Under the pieces are notes generated by a model that had not been told where the DNA came from, ran no database searches, and worked only from the letters and a program-made list of their open reading frames with translations. 25,000 bases of DNA from Takakia lepidozioides. Lineage: Eukaryota > Plantae > Bryophyta. The stretch covers positions 1 through 25,000 of the forward strand of contig JAKLZA010000066.1 in NCBI GenBank assembly GCA_030704615.1, read 5' to 3'. This document shows positions 19,408-25,000 of this stretch, piece by piece. A program made the translations under genes and the position numbers. Position 1 is the first letter of the stretch; every line of letters starts with the position of its first letter.

Positions 19408-22085
19408 ATGGCGACTTCCGTTCCAATATGTGTAGTTGTGAGCTAAGTTCTGTTTGTCCTCATGTTGACATTCCATATGCTCGCATGTAGAGCCTTTCTC
19501 TATTGTTCTTCTCGTTGCTCAGGCGTTGTATCTGGGTTTGGGTTTCCACCTTCCTTACACTCAAGTATGTTCAGTTTCTCTGTCAATCATACCTCCTGTC
19601 TTGGCTTGCCTGGCATCTGCCACCAAGGGAGTAGCTACACTTCTGAGAGTAATTTAGGGTTTAAGAGTAGTACTTGATTCTAATCTGACTATCCATTAAT
19701 TCTCACTGCCTGTGGCATTGGGGTTGCAAGCACCATCGCATTGCTGAGGAGGACGATTGTAAAGAGAGAGAGGAAAAGAGAGTGCGTGTGTGTTTTAAGC
19801 AAGAAGCTATGGTCGGGGAGCCGTCAATCAAGCCGGTAACAGGATCAACACCGTCACAGCGTCGGCCATTAAGGAACATCACCAATGTGCCACCATCTCC
19901 CAACTGTGAAAACGGGTATCCGAAATGCTGGAGTCGGGGCGATGAATCGTTGCTTGAGCAGGCAAGTTTCACTGTTGGGCTTTCATTTTTAAAAATAGAA
20001 CTTAATTCGACGAGAAGGCTTCCGTGTATTATTCGAGTACCACATACTGAATATGAGAGAGAGACAGAGACAGAGAGACAGAGACAGAGTTGACACACAT
20101 TAGCAAAAGCTTTGTGTTCCTGGGAAATTGTTCTCTCCACCCTGCCTACCCTCCTTGGAAATTTCCAACAGGCTCTCCATTTGTCCTTTGGTTTGCATTA
20201 GTGCTGTACACCTTGCAAGTTTGTTTATGGACATGTTCGAGCAATGCTGACATTGTTTTTCTCTTGAAACAGGAAATCCAAAAGCTTCAGCAAACCGTCA
20301 AGGAAAACGAGTATCCACACAACCGATGCTACTTATTTCACTCCACATTTTTTGAACTCTGCGTTGAAGGAGGCATAATAGTGGGCCACTGATGTGAGGT
20401 TGAGTCTCTATTCTGTTGTCTGTGAACTACTTAACCAGCTCTGGATGCATTAGTATCTCAGAGGACTGACCTTAAGGGTAGTGATGACCCATGTGACCGG
20501 CAAGGTTCAATGATATAGCTATGGTATTGTGCCCAAACGAGATTCTTGGTTAGCTTAACTCATGAACAAACAGGGCAGAGATTTGGTCCCTAAAACTCTC
20601 TATGCACAAAATGCAGAGAGAGCATCAGACCAAGATGTACCAGAAACAACAACAAAATGAGGACATCATATGTTACAATTCCCGGCTTCTCAAGGTTTGC
20701 CACCTCTACTTCTTGCTAACTCAATAGATAGACCTGCTTTTAGCTTCAATTGGCTTCCTTTGCATTGCACATGGCAGGGGTGCCTGGGTAGGGGGTGAAA
20801 TGATGAACAGAGGGAAAGAAAAGAAAAGAAAAGAAATGGTACTTTGGAAAGAACAAGGATCTATGGGAAGCTCAAAGAGTTATGGGACAACAGAATGCAA
20901 TAAGCAAAGAAAATATGTTTCTAGCCTCGGGACTCAAACCAACTCAGTTTTGCTCTTGTGGTTGTGTGTGACAGGAGCTGAATACAGTGAGTGACCAAGT
21001 AAGTTTCCTGTCCTTGCTCTTGCCAAGTCTCACTATAGATCCCTACTACAATCTCAAGAGAAGATACTCGTGTCTTTTTCAAATTTCCTCATCACTAGCA
21101 GAGGCCTTATGCTATGCGAACATGAAGTGCCTAGCAGCCTACCAACCTGTGTGCAATATTTGGGGGTTAGTTATATTTTTGTATTGTTTGTTGTGACATT
21201 AAATAGAAAGCTCTGACTGAAGGACACAGATCCCTGGAATTTACAGATCTGGCTTTGAAAGCTTCAGTGATTGTAAGATTTCTCTGTCCCTCTCTTCTGA
21301 CCATCCTTATAACCCCTGGGTGGGCTGAATTCTTTCACAGTTGAAACTGGTTCAGCATGAGCACACCCAAATGACCACGGTGCACAAAGTGTCCGAGACC
21401 GAGCTTCAGGTAGTTCTTTGCTTATCGCTGTGTGTTTCTGAGGGTAACCCCAATCTTCAAGCAGTCTCTGGGCCCACAGGGGCAGATCATATGCTGAGTG
21501 GTAAATATGCATTGAAACTAACTGAACCCGATGCAATGACTGTTTCAGATTAAAATTGCCGAGATGGAGGAACAATTGAGAGAAGCCCTTCAAGAGAAAA
21601 AATCAGTAGAACGAGTCAGAGTCTCTGTGAAGGCAGTAAATTGCACACCCAAGACAAATGTCAGTACTCGGAGAACGAAGTCCAGAGCACAAAGATCAAC
21701 CAGCACAGGAGTTCCCTTAAGGCCAGTGAGTGAGAGTTGCACACCTGTGTCAATTGTCACTCCTGAAGGACGCAGCACGGAGAAGAAGTGGGGCTCTCAA
21801 TTGAGCAGCTCAGCAGTGACCTGTAAGCCCGAAGCAATCAGATGCAGAGAGGAGGTTGGGTCTGCACCCAGCTCTCCTAAGGTGGTTTCTGCAGGTCTCC
21901 ATTTGGATGAGTCATGCAGCTCAGCACAGGGTCGGCGGGCTGCTGAGACTGCAGTGAAGACTACATTAGCAAAGGAGACCTGCAGGAGCCCAGCATTGGG
22001 TGGTCGAGTGATGCGAAGGGCAGCTCGGTCTGTGGTCTCTTATAAGGAGCCCTCCTTGCAGATCAAAATGCGACGACCTTCTTAA
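19408..22085 (+). CDS. SGO1: Shugoshin, centromeric cohesion protector (~349 aa, 7 exons)
   Basis: Exons 19408-19437 (less certain; alternative start ATG 19809), 19731-19961, 20273-20310, 20574-20694, 20975-20998, 21341-21409, 21549-22085 total 1050 nt in frame. Features: RRPLRNITN (D-box-like), coiled coil QQQNEDIICYNSRLLKELNTVSDQLKLVQHE, and C-terminal SGO motif GRVMRRAARSVVSYKEPSLQIKMRRP. Confidence 0.92.
20056..20088. repeat. (GA)/(GAGACA)n microsatellite in shugoshin intron 2
   Basis: Seen directly. Confidence 0.8.
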
Positions 22086-23394
22086 ACTGCTCCTCCCTCC
22101 CCTCTCCTGCCTTCCATCTTCAATTGTATCAAATGGAATCTTCTTCTCATGTATGACTAAGCCTGGTTTCGCTATAGCACTTGCGTACTGGCAAACTCAA
22201 TCTGATTACCGTGGTGTACTGAACAATAGGATAGACTTGTAACAATATGAGGGCATATAGCCCAGCAGGATACTAACCCTCCTTGAACCATGGGTTTTCA
22301 GCTCACCAGGGTATATATGTTAGTTTGCCATACTGTTGACAATCTGGTCAGTGGAAGTTAGCTACACATGCTCTTTTGCAGTCTTTTGCAAAACCAACCT
22401 CTTGTTCATCAAACATTTCACATGGGAGCACCTTGAGATATGCAAACATTGATCCTTGCCTGGAATTGAGAGACTAACGACAATACACATATCTGGACAT
22501 AAACTTTTCGTGTGAAAAGCTTCCAATCAATTATGCTCAGCAATAGGGCTGAAATTACATAGCTTTATTCATGCTGCCAAACAGTATGGAGGGGATCTGG
22601 ATTGGCAGTACTTGAATTGCCTTGCTAGAGCAAGCCTAGTTTGTCAGGCTACTTCAAAAATTGTCAGCTTTTAGTCCTGCAAGTTTAGATTACTGCAGTT
22701 GGACCTTTCAGTACTGAGACAGACCTAACATTTACATGATTCTTTCCTTTGGATCCTTTGTTGTCAGGAAGTTCACATAACCCTAAGAATCTTGAAGAGG
22801 AGTTGCTGTCCATGCAGTCAAGTTATTTTTCCCTTTGCTCCATCTGTGAGAAACCTGTCAAACATTATGAAAGCAAGACAAGGTGTAGTCAGGAAATGGA
22901 AGATGATCTATGTAGTCAAAAAAGATGTGCAATGAATACGCAGAAAAGAAACAGAGCAAAAAGAAAGCAGGTAGTCAGAAGAGCTGCGGCATAATCATAC
23001 CTGTACACAGAACTGTGACAAAAGGTCAGAAAAATTGGAAGGGGCCTGTGGATGCCTTTCCATTCATAGGGCCAAGCCTGCCCTCAAACTTGCTGTTTGC
23101 AGCTTGCAGCCTTGACTGGTTGTTTGTCTTCAAGCATCTTCCTAGGATTTCCTTTACTGGCTGCCATTCCACACCCCATAGCAGTCCAGTCAGTCATGTT
23201 CATTTCATACTTCTGTTTGATATTTGCTCTTCATAGTACATTTGATCCTTGGAAGAGAAAGATGAGGTATATGGCAAAAAATTGCCAAACTCTTCTGCCT
23301 CTCAGACCACCCAAAACAAGTGATGCTCTCTCATGCTTGTGTGTGAGATGTATACTCTGGGATTGATGATCGGAGACATGAGTATAGAAAGCAT

Positions 23395-25000
23395 TTATAC
23401 CAGGCAGGTCCCTTGGTGTTGCTTATGGAGAAAATCCTTGACAAGGCTGGAAAGAAAGTCAGAGGTTTTGGCCCTGGGATTTCTGGAATGTTGGGGGCGT
23501 TCCAATCTGGGATCAGCATGCAGATCGATGCTGAATCGAGCAGACCTGTTGATTGCCAAATACCCATCACTGAAGACGGGTCTTGAACAGCCAAGATCGT
23601 CAACCTCCACTCCATGGCTCTTGATGTAGTGAAAGCTGTTTGTGGGGACCCACAATTGTTCCTCAGGGGCTTCACTTTCCAGACAGTAGGTGAGGGAGTC
23701 CTCACTGGATTTTATGGAAATGGTGTCCTCGTCCACACCATGGATGTTATAATCTGGGGATGGTGAGATCTCCTGTACAACAGGGCCTACTCCCTCTGGG
23801 ATACCTCTGCCTGTCTCTGCAGATTCGACATTGCCATCTCCAATCACAAAGGAGGATGCAACTGGGGGCAATGGAAATTCTTCCTCATTGCTCATCGTGT
23901 GAATCACCTGAAAATTCAAACCAATCGTCTTTTCAGTTTCTGTGGTGCAGAGGGTCACAACCTCTCATGTTACAATTCACTACATCTTACTGCGCAAAAT
24001 AGCTGAAGACGAACAAAATGCCAGTCTGTGAAACCAGGTCAAACGGAGGATTTTATATGTGAGTGTGCTGCTTAGCTCCGTGCAAACCCCCGATAGCACC
24101 ATTACGTATGACAGCGCACAGACGAGTTCACGTAGTGGAACTATCAAGATCCACACAGAGAATCAGAGACGATTCAGGGAATGGAGTATAGCCTCTTGAA
24201 GGAATTTGCCAAACGTCCGACAAATTAAACCTGCTTGATTTCAAACACAGACCCTGACTGGACTTGCGAGCCTCAAGTGTTCGAGTGTTACATTACAGAG
24301 TCGCTGTAGGGATGTCCATGTAAGAGTTGCCAGGCACTCTGGCAACACCCTCCGCCAGACTGGAGGAAATCTCAATGGACAGTTTGAGAGGAGATTTCCC
24401 CAGTTTGTGCGTATGTGTGAAAAGCATCACTTGACTAACGACAAGCCCAGCTCATGTGAAAGACCACCCAAATTGATGTTTTCTAACCTCAGTCGTATTG
24501 ATTCTTCTTTTCCCCATACAGTTGAGATCCTTAGACATAATTGGGACAAGTACCTCCTCTGGTCTGTCACAAGCTACAAACTCCGATTCTTCCACCAATT
24601 CCATGCTTTGGGACTGAGAAGGATCCGAGTCTTCCTCCCATCTATGATTTCCATACATGTCACGACCTCCGTCGTTTATCAAAACACCTGAGTTGGGGGC
24701 TAAGCGATCTCTTGAGGGTAATTTGACCTTCCTGGAGGGTTCCACCTTAGCCGCCTGTTGTTTGTAGCGCCGAGTCACGATATTCGAGACTTTCTTCAGA
24801 GGCTTTTGCACTAACGAAACGCTCCATGAACTGCGGCTCGATGACAACCGCTCCTGGGGGGTCGCCAGCGAATTATGCGCCTCATGCTGCTGTCTATATT
24901 TCACCATCGGCCACTCTCGCTGATGAGGATTCGAATATTGCCTCTCGTGGGTATGATGCCATCCAGCCGCACTGGAGCTCTCACATGTTATGTCCGAGTC
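23395..25000 (-). CDS. 3' part of an unidentified protein-coding gene, truncated by the window end
   Basis: Frame open from 25000 to a phase-0 donor GAG|GTTAGA at 24488/24487 (171 codons); acceptor TTTTCAG|GTG at 23908/23907 joins in frame to VIHTMSNEEEF...QGTCLV* ending at 23395. Ser/Glu-rich; no domain recognised. Confidence 0.65.

Overview
Eukaryotic nuclear DNA from a land plant, probably a non-seed lineage such as a bryophyte (inferred from compact genes and divergent orthologues). Supported genes, left to right: (1) intronless BKI1/MAKR-family membrane-associated kinase regulator (-); (2) five-exon RNA polymerase II/IV/V subunit RPB11 (-); (3) head-to-head with RPB11, a 5'-truncated, frameshifted, intron-containing fragment of an ARMADILLO-repeat kinesin (ARK) gene whose last three exons still form an open 125-aa ARM-only frame (+); (4) an orphan exon encoding a tail-anchor-like C-terminus (+); (5) an intronless 666-aa probable plastid protein (+); (6) a seven-exon shugoshin with a predicted GC-AG intron, a U12-like intron and a 24-nt microexon (+); (7) the 3' part of an unidentified gene running off the window end (-). 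Intergenic DNA holds short tandem duplications, microsatellites, a perfect 21-bp palindrome and a ~290-bp foldback (MITE-like) element. No tRNA, rRNA, CRISPR array or intact transposase was recognised. All exon models were assembled by eye from splice signals and reading-frame continuity; family calls come from remembered motifs, not database searches. I found no convincing new multi-gene system; the best novelty candidates are the ARK-derived possible microProtein and the unusual shugoshin splicing.
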